From Balanoglossus misakiensis (taxonomy: Eukaryota; Animalia; Hemichordata): DNA of 64,000 bases. The stretch covers positions 13,794,304 through 13,858,303 of the forward strand of contig CM082578.2 in NCBI GenBank assembly GCA_040954595.2, in the 5' to 3' direction. The notes beneath the pieces are model-generated. The model made no database searches, was not told the DNA's origin, and worked only from the letters and a program-made list of their open reading frames with translations. Position numbers and translations under genes: made by a program. Positions 52,301-64,000 of this stretch are shown piece after piece; positions within the stretch are counted from its first letter, which is position 1; every line of letters starts with the position of its first letter.

Positions 52301-55300
52301 AACATCATGTTTTGATTAATTATCCAATTTGAGAGTGATTAACTTTATTAATCAACTGCTAGCAAACATGCAATCGATGCTAACCCATGATTTCATCAAT
52401 CAACCGATCAATTACTGCAAGCATACTGTTCTATAGGTTATCTTTAGTAGGCAGAAGATGAAATCTGACAATATGAAACCGTAATCAGTAAAATATAGAA
52501 TCGTCGCCAGCATTTTGAGTTAGTTCTCAACATTTTTGTAAACCCAATTCAGCTAAAAAGAATTTACTAAATTAATTAACCGATATCTCGAAATGTCGAT
52601 CATGATAACAGTTTGTCCGTAAATAGAACTCTGCCTAAGATTAAGACCGATACACAATAGTCTTAATTTACTTAGCTATCAACTTCATTTCCTTTGAAAT
52701 GTTCGATTCATATTTTATTAATTCTTCATCGTTTTATTCTTCTGGATTATTTAAGAGACAGGCAATTTATATTTAAACACAGTTATTTCTTTTTTATGAG
52801 TAAGCGAGGGATGGCAGATCCGCTTCCGATGATGTCAGTTTTTTTCTCAGGCTGACGCCGGCGGCGCTCTCCATGATGAGGGGCTCAGGTGTATATACTT
52901 TGTGGCCCAGAGCGAGACCATGAAACAAGTCATTTTCTTCTCAAAACCCACTCAAAGCAATACCAAATATGAGGAGAAAATTAAGACGAAGATGATGCAC
53001 TTACTTTGCCCTGGCGTGCGTGTCTATGCTTTGGACAATGTCACTGCCAACGTGAAGATAGAAGGGATTCTTCGTCGCCTAAAGAAGAAAAGATGAGATA
53101 GTTGAAAAGAAAGTTGAATTCACATGTAATACTTTGCTCTTTGGGCCTGTGGCCTATTGTTTGTTATGAAATAAACCGTAAACGTATAAGATAAGGCATT
53201 TCAGTTGGACAATTAAACCTCATGTGTGCCTAATTTATTTAGATGGGCCACCTTGCCAACTGACATGCGTATTGTCTCTTGTTATGGCATTGTTGACATT
53301 CAAGTCACTGAATGGCTCTGCGCATCCTCATATGACTTATATTTTAATCGCATTTCAGAAGTGACAAACACATATACCCATGATGTTAGTAGTAACATAC
53401 ATGTATATCTCCGAAATTTTAAAACCGGTCAAAGACCATCCTCCTTCCCGGGAATTAAACACAATTGCCATCAGCTCGATTAGGAACGGTTCTACTCTCG
53501 CGTTGTACAGGCACAGGGGCCGAAGAGGTCACGTGATGATGTATAGTCATCGAACGTATATGAATATTTGTTTCTTTGGTCGTCGCTTACGTGCGTGCAT
53601 ACCTTCGTTCGTGCCGCATTCCTGTGGGACACTCGCAATATTTATGTGGCATGATTCAATTATCAATTCCATTAATTATACTCCAAGAATTCTATTTGTG
53701 GGATGATGTCTGTATCGACCCTCTAAATCATTTGTATTCGGATAGAGACATTGGAAATAAAATGTTAGACGGAGATAACATGGGACAACCGCTAACAGGA
53801 TTATCATGTAGTTAATCTGGGCGCATGTGCTTCATGGGCGGATTAAATATATTGTCATCGCCATCATGGAACTAATGACAGAGTACATGACCCGTGCAGA
53901 AGCTGAATGCAATCCGACATCATGAAATGATATATACTTGTGGAACAGAAGTATGTCAATGGCACGCCAGAGATAAACTCAAACGAATTGTTTGACCCAT
54001 GACAGAAATAATGACAAACGAGTACATTTAAGGCAAGAAGCTACAATTATAGAATTAATCTGTTTCGCTATAGAAGGTCAATAGCGACAGCTGTTAGTAG
54101 ATACACCGTACAGAGTCTGCCAAAAATAGTCACAATTATCGTCAATTCGCCGCCTATATTTGCCCTCGTTTATCCCACCTGAGAACATTTGTAATCTATT
54201 TCTGTAACGTTGTTTATCTTGTGTCAACTCAGCCTTAGGTTTGCATCAATAATTATCAACTAATTATTATGATATATCGATTTGCCTAATAATGACTTTC
54301 TAATTGATTAATTTGTGAGATGCGATCAGCGAATGTTCACAAGGTCATCTATTAATTTCATGTATATTTCTGACAGATCTATACATAAACATATTGTCGT
54401 GTTTGGATTGAACTTGTAGTCCAAGGGGCAATCGGGCACCGTAGGCGACTTTGGAATTTCTGTAGCTAGTCTGTTTGGGGGAAGACATGCGCAGACAATA
54501 TCATTATTTGAAATAGGCGTGGAATCATTAAGACTCGGAATTTTAAAGTCAACCAGATTCAAGCGCTAATCACTCCCGGTGACGACCAGTGAAGCAGAAT
54601 AGAAATAAGTCGCTCACCATTAACATACGTGGATATTTCCTGGATTCACGCTATAATTATATTAGTAGCCACATTTGCCGCGGATGTTTTGATACCGACA
54701 ATCACCCTTGTTATACCGAGTTTATTGAGTAAATAGCTGGCCTTAAGGTGGTATCCACACGTCGAACATTGAATGTGAATGACAAGGGCAATACATTACA
54801 GTTGACACAACTTTTCAAAATGGCGGTATTACAAAGAAGCTTTTTAAAAATGTTTCAGCTTTATGGGTTAAGTGCATGCTAATTACAGCTAGGGACGATC
54901 ACCAGAGCGTGCCATGCGCCAGTGACTTGAAATTATCATGCGACCTGAAATTTCAATCGCTGACAGACCTACCTGGTACAAAAGATACGTCGATTCGACT
55001 AATTCCGGCCTAAGAGGATAGAAGAAGACATCCGGGTACTTGGCATTCCAATTAAATCTCTCAGGAAGGGCGCCGTACTTTCTCCATATTGCATAGTAAA
55101 TTGCGTGGCTACAGATTGCTTCTTCCGTATCGCCTGCAAGTACCTATGAGTGAACATATATAGACAAAGACACAGTGAGAGACATTGTTAGTAAAACGCA
55201 ACAGCGAAAAAAGGTGGTCTAAAACATGCGTATGTATGTATACGATGAAGATATTTTTATATACATCGCCTTCTTTAAAAAATGGCAACATTAGTAATGA

Positions 55301-58300
55301 TGGATGGCCCTTTATCTTCAGCAGATTCTCTTCCAAAGTCGATTGAGAGACAAAGACCAAAGCGTGAATGATTTATTAATATACTAAGAAATGAAAGAGT
55401 TGGATACAGTCTGGCAATCAAGCCTAGTCTCTTGATCACGCGGCCTGAAAGCCAGTCCCCTTCACTTGATTTATTTGTCGATTTATCCACTGACAAATCA
55501 GAAAAAAGGGACATAAATAGAAATAACAAAAATGGTAACTTTACAAGCTGAAAACCTTTCAGTTATACAATTTTGGTTTTCTTTTCCAATTACTTTTTGA
55601 ATTGAAATGTGGGAACGGTGTGAAAGACTCCAATCAACTCGGTGAAGTATACGTGTGTAAGTAATTCGGAGATATTGTGTTGGACATTGGATTAAACGAA
55701 GGGTGGCCAATTGAAATGTAAAAGTCAATTCATAGGAACAGAACGATTTGGATACACAGGAAGATGAATTTACATCGTGGCAAAGTGAAAAATCCAGATT
55801 TGTAATCTTTGTTAGAAGTACTATCGTTGGGTTTATAGCTTCTCGTGAAAAATGCGAAGGCAGGAGAAACGAAGGCGTGTCTTTCCCCCGTTTACAGATT
55901 TTAAGATTTGAGGTGTTTTCATGCATCGTGTGAGTTTCGAAAATTGAAAGGGTTTCGGCAAAGTGCAACTAATGCGTTATAGGCGGGCGGAAGAAAACTG
56001 CCAGTACATTTCCCCAAGCGTATTAAGACTGAAAAACTGCATGCTGTTATAAAACCATGTTTGGAGGATCTTACAGAAAACCCTAAGTCCTTTCCCTTGG
56101 CGTGCTTTTTGGTTAAGGCGAGGGATTACGTCATTAACAACATTAGCGCGACCGCGGCGATTTCGCTATTAGCCTTAATTAATTAAACATACTAAGCTGA
56201 TTGTGACCTTTTTCCGAAATTCTACACTGCAAAGCATTCAATTGTCTGCATAACTGAAAAATATATTTGTCAGCGTTAGGTTGATTTATATGTATGTCCC
56301 ATGTCTGTGAACTGGTCGTTGTTAGTCGTCAGGTAATCACTGTTCAAATTGAAATTTTACAAAAAGTAAAAATAGCCGCGGTCAGTATCTGGAACAGTGG
56401 GTTCATTGCGATGGCTTTAAGGTGAAATTACCACCACAATAATGTCTAGTAGTGGGCATCATTAAACACAACAAATCGTGGCACAGTTTGGACCGAAGCA
56501 TAATACAAAACCCTTAATGTAAATAATTGAACCTTGGCACGTGTCACCCAGTCCTGTGGAAAAATCTGTGGAATTCAAAAGGTGACCTTTTCGAGCGACG
56601 ATTAGTAAACCGATAATGTATGTAAATAATCACCGAGGACGACGATAGACTTATCTGTTCTACGTGTCTTTCTGGCGAATTCAATGTTATCAATGGTAAA
56701 TATTACCGCTACCATATCTCCAGCTGAGAAATTCCTACCTTCTGCATGTTCGTTGGATAAACGCTAATTGGTCATTATGCTGTGATATTGTCTATTTTAT
56801 TACTTATTTCTGAAGCTGACGCTGTGATTTACTGGCAATTCTAAGACGATTATTTTCTTATATCCTACCTCGTCAAATCCTCGCACGGCTAATTGACATG
56901 TTTTGATGTATCTTATGGCAATATTGTGTCCACATTTGAAAACTTCCGTGCACATGTCAACCGTAATCCAAAATTGTTGTTGGATTTACCATGGCAACAA
57001 ACATGTAGCTAATATGAACCTTGTGAGAACATATCGTGTTTTTAGAATTCTCGGTGTTTTGTTTTGTCCTGGGTGGTCAAATCACATTATAATGTTAAAT
57101 TAAGGTTGAAGTGGCGAAAACTGACTGTAGAAGGCTTTGGAGAGGATATTTACGTGACAGAATTTGCTTCAAAGTTCTGTTCTTATACTATGGAACTCGT
57201 TCAACTTTTCACTTGAGGTTTTCTAGAACAATATTTAAACAAGACCAACTTTAACGGTTGTCGTTTATTAAACATAGCAGAAATCGGCCATTGTGGAATC
57301 TATCGACTAGGTGCGATTTCTATCACTCACCCGAGGCAGGAAAATCCCATTTGAGGGAGCGAGAATTGAAGAATATAAAGGTGACGCCAAACCGACATTT
57401 CACTTAAAATACGAGTGGTACTCATTGTGCAAGTAGTTCTCACTGATAACTATTAACGGGACATTGGCAAGATACCGCGAACGACTAATCATTACGTATC
57501 TGATCTGTCAACATTTGTCAATACACGAATCACAGCCACAGTGTCATCGGTGTGAAAGTGCTATTGAAATTTGACCTCAGGGTTATAACTGTTGTCGTTC
57601 TGCGACACACCCATGGCGTCTCAATTCCAGTACAACCGTTTGTCTTCATTAACGGTTGCCACGATTAGCGGTTGTGCTGCAACTGCAGCCGATATCTAAG
57701 TGCGTTCGTTTATTACGAATTAAATGCACGATATAGAATCAGCATGTAAACTATCTGCTGCCACAAACCTGGAATTCAGAAGTGCGGTGGGCGTTAACTT
57801 TTTGGATAATGTCCGTCACGTATTTTGATAAACATGAAATCGAGAGGTAGAGTATACTTGACGAACTTCCATATTAGCAGAACGTTTGTTTCGACGTTGG
57901 GATCGTTTTATATACACTGAAATGGAGCATTTTGCTGAAGTTGAAGCTGATATATTCATAAACACACAAGACAAGTTTGTAGAGAAGAATAACTCAATCG
58001 TACTGTTACCGAATCGCTATCGAAAATTCTGACGGGAATCTGTTTTTCGACGATTTGTCACTGAATATATGAATACGCACAGTTTACTTGAACCCTGGGG
58101 AATAATTTCTACTTCAATCCCCTTTATGTCAAACATATTCAGAACCCGATCTGGCAGTCGGTGACCCCTTAACATATGCTCAACCCTTTCCAGGAATTGC
58201 AAATACAGTCTATAGTGTCTGAGTATCCAAGTTTGTGGTCGCATCACGTTTGCATTGCAAACAGACAATAGCATTGTCCCCACAATATAAGTAAGCTGAA

Positions 58301-61300
58301 TGGTCAGCCGCTGCTAACAGCCACCTTAAGTTTAATAATTAATGATTGCACTATCTCAGTTGTGTCCGCAGCGCAGCTATGAAAGCCCTCTCATCTACTT
58401 TACCGGTAAACCATATATGAACGGATTACACTACCGACATTTAAATTCCACTGTAAAATAACGACTGACATCACTATCAAGGCATGTCTCAAAATATATG
58501 ATGATGTACATCTCCGACGGGAGTAAAAAATACAATTTGTTTTCCCAGTCACAGAGCTTCAGATAAGAGAATTTGACAACGGAGAGACAGCTGCGGCCGT
58601 TTTGCCAGAGTTCATGCAGCGATGCTTGTCCTCCAATTAAATTGAAAGAAAATCACTAGCATTCGTTCAATCGCACTTGATGCAAACCTTTCTCGCTCAA
58701 GGGCATAGCAAAGTCCTTGGTGCAAATTTACCTCCGATTTACCGATAAAACATGTTTACCACGCTCTGTGATTGACTCCTAAGTTGTTCAATGACTTCCA
58801 CACCTGAATGACAGCTTCAACAATCGCAAGTAACACAGAACAGAGAACAGCCAATGTCCTAACGTTCCAGTCACTGTCCAGTCAAAAGAAAGAGTTTAGG
58901 AGGATACCCATCCCTATATTCCTTGATGGAGACATATCTGGCAAAAAAGAAATGTTACCTGGACACCAGGGAATGCTGCTTGAAGTGAATCGATCCATGT
59001 GTTAACAGTGCGTGCATCATCCATGCGTACGTTAACATAAAGGGGTGGTTCACCTTCTCCGCTGTTGCAATTGACTCTCCTGCCAATGAAAAGAAAGTTT
59101 ATCATTTTATGTTGATGTCATAACACCAATTATTTATTAATTATTATCATTCAAGGTCATGAAACTAGCAGGCCCGAGAAACAACTGACAATTAAAATAA
59201 GGTCACTGGGTGGCCAGAATGGGTAAGTGTAGCCTGCTAAGCCTGATGCAGCCGTCAAGATTGAGAATTGAAATGAGTCGGCAGTAGAAGGGTATTCTCT
59301 GAGTATATAATATTTCGATTGAAATGAGAGACACGTCTCCAAAAAGCAATTATGATGACTGACGCACATGTTACGTCATGTTTGGATGTTGGTGTTGTTG
59401 ATGATGATATTGATGATGATATTGATGATGGCATTTTAAAGCCCCATTCCCTGCTACATTTTGCAATATATTCGCACATTTACTTTCAAGTTTAAGATCG
59501 AATAATTTACATTCCCTATTTGGCCTCCGATGAAAATGGCAAAAAGTTCACAAAGTTCACTAACATGTTACTATAGTGATGAAAACTGACATGTTCAGAC
59601 TCAAACACTGATGACTGTCGGGAAATCCAATTAACACCCAGGGGACTCTTTAACCTTGAAGACTTCTGCAGGAAACAACATTAATCACAACAGAACCCAC
59701 ATTGCAAACATAAGATCAAGATCTTGTCTTAGCAATAAAACACCAATTCATATCCGCCGGCAAACACATTACAAGCACAAAGTCGCTGACGTTTGACATT
59801 ACTGTGGTTAATTTATTTGTATGTATAATCGATATTTCAAGAAACGCTTATCAAAATCGAGCCAAATTTTTGTATACAACTGGACTGTTTCCGTGGGTTT
59901 GTAATGAAACTGTGCCTTTTGCGTCGATAACATCTGTAATTCGACCCATGGGATATAACCTTCTGAAATGTATACTCGCGGTGAAGTCGCATTTGGTCTT
60001 TCAAATGCCTAATGCATAGATAAAAAATAAATGAACTTCGCCAAGGCGTTCAGTGATTTCGATTCCTTTCATCTCACAGTGGATTAAATTACGTGATCAT
60101 CTGGCAAGAGCGTCAAACTTAGTAGATGAATGAACTCGACTGGTGGCGCTTCCGTTCTGAATCGTCATGAACCGAAGACAACAGCGCGACCATGTGAATT
60201 AGGATATTTCACGACGTTTCGCAGATAAATTCAGCTGAAGAAGAACGTCACATTGACTGACTAAAACTCAAACACGAGCTCGTGACTAATACATGCAAGC
60301 GCTAGACTCGTCAGGTGGTACAAATGTTCTAGTATACATGTAGTATCCACGTTACTCAAAGAGGTGTATTGCAAAATAATCAGCAAAGGTCTCACATTTG
60401 CAACATCATGGTTTGAGACAAATGACAGATTCAGAGAATTTGACCTATTCAGTCGAATTCGGTAGGTGTCAGATTCAATCGTGTCTACTCTTGATCATGT
60501 GATTCAGCCCCCCGGTACAGAATCAATACTTTCACGCCGCATTGAATCGAACGTGACATTTGCGAAGGTATAGACAGGTGTCGATATACGTGTAATCTTC
60601 CAAGCCAAGTTGATCTTCAAAGCGCCCCAGTCACGTGTCTAGGAGACATGCATCAGGAGTCACAGGATCTTCAAGGAATTCGACTTTTTAAAGCATTTAC
60701 TTTTGAACTGGTCTATTGAGCCATGCTTTCCTCAATACGTTTCTGTTTCGTGGCGACGCAGACAATTTATTCCGCCGTTTAATGCTCCCCAGAACATGCA
60801 ATAATCTCAATGAATTTGCTTTGAACGGTTTATGCATATGCATAATAAAATAGAATCTAATTGGAATGATGTCTAAAACATGCATGACGTCACTTTTCAT
60901 TTCAATAGTCCCTGGACCTTTTTATTAGTTCCCGGGCACCGTTGGCGGCGGTGGTTAATTAAAATGCATGCAATCAATTGTGGTGAGTCAGTAACAATCT
61001 TCGTTGACGACGTAGCATTATTCGCCAGTACGGCTGTTGAACTTACCCCGTGAATAAACTTTTATAGGGTACGCAAACCGCATCACAAGGGAGTTTGTAT
61101 TTGAAAGAGAGACACAAAAACACAAAACACCCCAAGAGTAATCATTCACAAACGACCATCGCCTTGTGGCCCAAACTGCACTTCGGCGAGACTATAGGCT
61201 GTGGGCATGAGTGTCGTAGACATCACGACGGGAGAAATCTCATTTGATATATTGAGACAAATCAAGCCAGGCTTACTCTGTGGAAACTTACCCTTTTCTC

Positions 61301-61374
61301 ATGTGAGTCTTCACGCTAGTGTAGATTTGATCGAAAATCAATAAATCTTCTTTATCGCCGAACATGATGTAAGA
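49394..61374 (-). CDS. EDEM1: ER degradation-enhancing alpha-mannosidase-like protein 1 (GH47), last 7 coding exons; 5' part beyond the right edge
   Basis: Exons (-): 61374-61292 ([11 protein letters not shown]...MRKG), 59079-58959 ([14 protein letters not shown]...[13 protein letters not shown]), 55143-54973 ([10 protein letters not shown]...[16 protein letters not shown]), 53078-53005 ([11 protein letters not shown]), 51694-51598 (CGYATLHNV...[18 protein letters not shown]), 49819-49646 (LFDEDN...FTTEGH), 49480-49394 ([15 protein letters not shown]...IGL*). All GT-AG with consistent phases. The C.EGEG.PPLYVNV segment and the short C-terminus favour EDEM1 over EDEM2/3. Confidence 0.95.
59399..59429 (+). 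repeat. Short (GAT)n-type low-complexity repeat in an EDEM1 intron
   Basis: TGATGATGATATTGATGATGATATTGATGAT: a 12-bp unit, ~2.5 copies. Confidence 0.7.
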
Positions 61375-64000
61375 CTGAAAAAGAAGATTAAATGATTTTA
61401 GTCCATTGGGGAAACGCCGACACGTTAACGCTTCCAATAGTGAATTTCAAATGAAATGGTAAAGTTAAAGCATAGACAAAATGTGCGAACAACGCCAGGT
61501 TATGTTCTTTTGGGTCATTAAATTCTGTAGTCTGCGCTTTGGAAATCATCGCAGAATTGGCGCGAATACGTTTATTTGACCGTGCAACCAATGAAACCAG
61601 AACTTGCAAACGTTTACTCAGCGAGCATCCGTGTACCCCGACAATATCATTGCACATCAAAACTGCAAAAGCTGCCGATCGGGGCACCCCTTATCTTTTC
61701 CAATGGTTTCGACCAAACGAACTATCCATGCGCATACAGTGGATTCTTTTAATACAAGAGAATCGTTGCACGACAACCAGCATTGCGACAGGTACAAATA
61801 TCTGGTAAGATGTCATATATTTCATATTTGCATGTCATAGTTTTTCGGCGGACAAACAGTATATTAGAAATAACCTTGCTACAAGATCTGGAGTTTCACC
61901 AACTGAAGCCAATGTATACTTTTTTACGAAGCACGAAGTCTTTCCGGACTATATCAAATCAACGCTAATTTAGTACTAGGAACAAATATTGTATGTTACA
62001 GACCACAAACCAAAAGGTTTGAAACCGTGCCGTGACGAATGAATTTCCGCGCATTGTAAATTGCTCATGTGTAAGTTAGTAAAGGAAATCGTTGAGGAGA
62101 TTAACACGAAAGTAAATTAAATATTTTCAGCGCGTCAGTAAATCCGTAATAACAGACGTTGCCTCTACAAACAATGGCTACTCAGAATTGGAATATGGTT
62201 AGGGAAAACTTTCCTTTGAATGAAGGTTAAGCGCAGGGTCTATTTTCGCGAACGAGAATCGCGAGTGACGTTAAACTCAGTCTGTTATTCGAAACAAATA
62301 AACGGACAGCCAATAAATGCGGTGTCTACGGTTCACGTACTGACGGACATCTTTGTGTATGAAAGATGCAACAGCGAAGGTAGAACAAAGCTCGCTAACA
62401 TCATCGTCGTAAAATGACATTGAAGTACATTGTGTATATACAAGGATTCTTATGAGAATGCGCATGTTTTTTTATATGTCCGTATGCGTACGCGTGTGCT
62501 TATGAGTAGATCGAACAGAGGTAGTTGGCAACGACACCTCAAAGCTGCAGCTATGACGTCGTCTAACACTGTTTCAAGTGTCAATGATGCGCGCGTGAAA
62601 GGCTCTCCAAAGATTCTTGAAGGAAGCAGAGATAAAGCAAGAAGTGGAGAATCATGATCCGGCGTCACGATCCTGAGACGTTTGCCTTCTTGAGCAACTC
62701 AAGAGTCTAATCCCCGGCCCTCGGTATAAAGCTTATTGAAGCCGCAGTAAATCAAGACATCCTTGACGATGGATCTCAAGATGATATCGGTCACCGTTTT
62801 CTACTCTGCCATCTGCCCATTCGGTTACTACTTTTAGAGTTTCATTTGACCAGTTTTTTACACTGTTTATGCTTTGTGCGTCTACGGCGGTTTCTTGTAC
62901 CTATCCCTGCAAGCATAGTGAAATGCCAAGTGTTCAGCTTATTAAAGCAGTCACTAAAACCTATGTATGTGCGTACAATCGATATTGTTATCGTTGAAAA
63001 TTGAATATAAAGTGCGATGAAAATACTTTTGTCAACAATAACAACGGATGATGGAAATCGATGCACAAAAGTCATGTACATGTTATGCTGGCAAGCAGAG
63101 ACATGGGTACCGTGGAGAGTAGAATGAAAAATTACAGTTTGTTATTTAAATATTGAAAACCAATGTCTCTTTAAGATGGCGCTCCATGTTTACACGCGCT
63201 TAAAACTGAGTGTGTAAACTTGACCGTGACGTGGTCTGTGGAGTGACCGTGGTTTACTTGACATTGGAACTTGAATACAATTTAATTAGAGAATGGATGT
63301 CGCAACAACAACTCGCCAGTGCGAGTGCATTTTCCGCGATGCTATCATTTCCTGGAACAGTACGTACACATTATGTGACGAATGTGTCAAACGTTTGGCA
63401 CGTGTCATCAATCATGTTCGTTGTATCACAGACAGTTGGTGGCTGTATCATAGATGCGCCATGCATGAAGCATATAGGGCATCACGGTGACCTTCTCCTC
63501 TCCGATGTCGCTACAAATTTTATAAAGCCAACATTTCGCCTTTACAACTTTTAAAATCGTGTATGAATAGCACGACAATGGACTATGATTTTTATTATCT
63601 GAAAAAAGTGGAAGCGTGTATAGGTCACGTCATTTTAACACGTGAAGAGGGAAAACTGGCCTATTACGCCTAGATGGTGCAGGCATGTCCAATGATGTTC
63701 ATATTGACTCGATTGTTGATATTTCAATATTTTCCCAAAGGTTTATTTTTGTGTTTAAAATGATTGGGCCCACTAGTACTACTACACTTTTCTTTGTTAC
63801 GGACAATGTTCAGTTTTCAGAAAAAAATAATTAAGACTGTTTGAAAATAAGGGGAATATCCTTCACGTTTATGTTTCTTGTTCCTGACAGGTGCCATAGG
63901 ACTAGAAATGTATCGACACTTTAAAAGACTATCTTGAGACCGTTCGCATGACCAAACTGTTTGCTCGCCATATTCTTATAGAAAAAGGGGAGCAGTTATT

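Noticed and set aside
52805-52925. GC-rich patch with ATGATG and CTGA motifs suggesting a C/D snoRNA
   Set aside because: The boxes are on the strand opposite to the EDEM1 host transcript and do not form a terminal C...D pair with a closing stem.
55498-58283. ORFs of 60-156 aa in large EDEM1 introns as transposase or RT remnants
   Set aside because: No recognisable RT, integrase or transposase motifs; lengths are compatible with chance.
62688-62720. Segment reading GRGLDS..ELLK on -, resembling the next upstream EDEM1 exon (GAGLDSFYEYLLK)
   Set aside because: It has an in-frame stop, missing residues and no GT donor. Probably chance; the real exon appears to lie beyond 64000.

Overview
Eukaryotic (animal) genomic DNA, AT-rich, with GT-AG introns. 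The gene set and exon-intron structures suggest a marine invertebrate, possibly a non-vertebrate deuterostome (inference only). Left to right: (1) first coding exon of a CLCA-family gene (-), running off the left edge. (2) Complete PDHB (-, 8 coding exons, 361 aa) head-to-head with complete SLC25A3 (+, 7 coding exons, 358 aa). The last SLC25A3 intron holds a clear SNORA53-like H/ACA RNA, and PDHB intron 2 holds a 93-bp foldback MITE with a 9-bp target-site duplication. (3) A 104-aa secreted resistin/RELM-domain gene (-) that the ORF track splits into fragments. (4) A ~22.7-kb array of ~258 copies of an 88-bp palindrome-containing satellite. Its left end is an inverted copy sharing diagnostic variants with its right end, so it looks like a foldback element in which one arm exploded into a satellite. 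(5) A small orphan secreted-peptide gene (+). (6) The last 7 exons of EDEM1 (-), whose 5' part lies beyond the right edge. Most ORFs in the supplied track are spurious intronic, antisense or satellite ORFs. All homology calls are from reading the sequence and recalled family motifs; no search was run.
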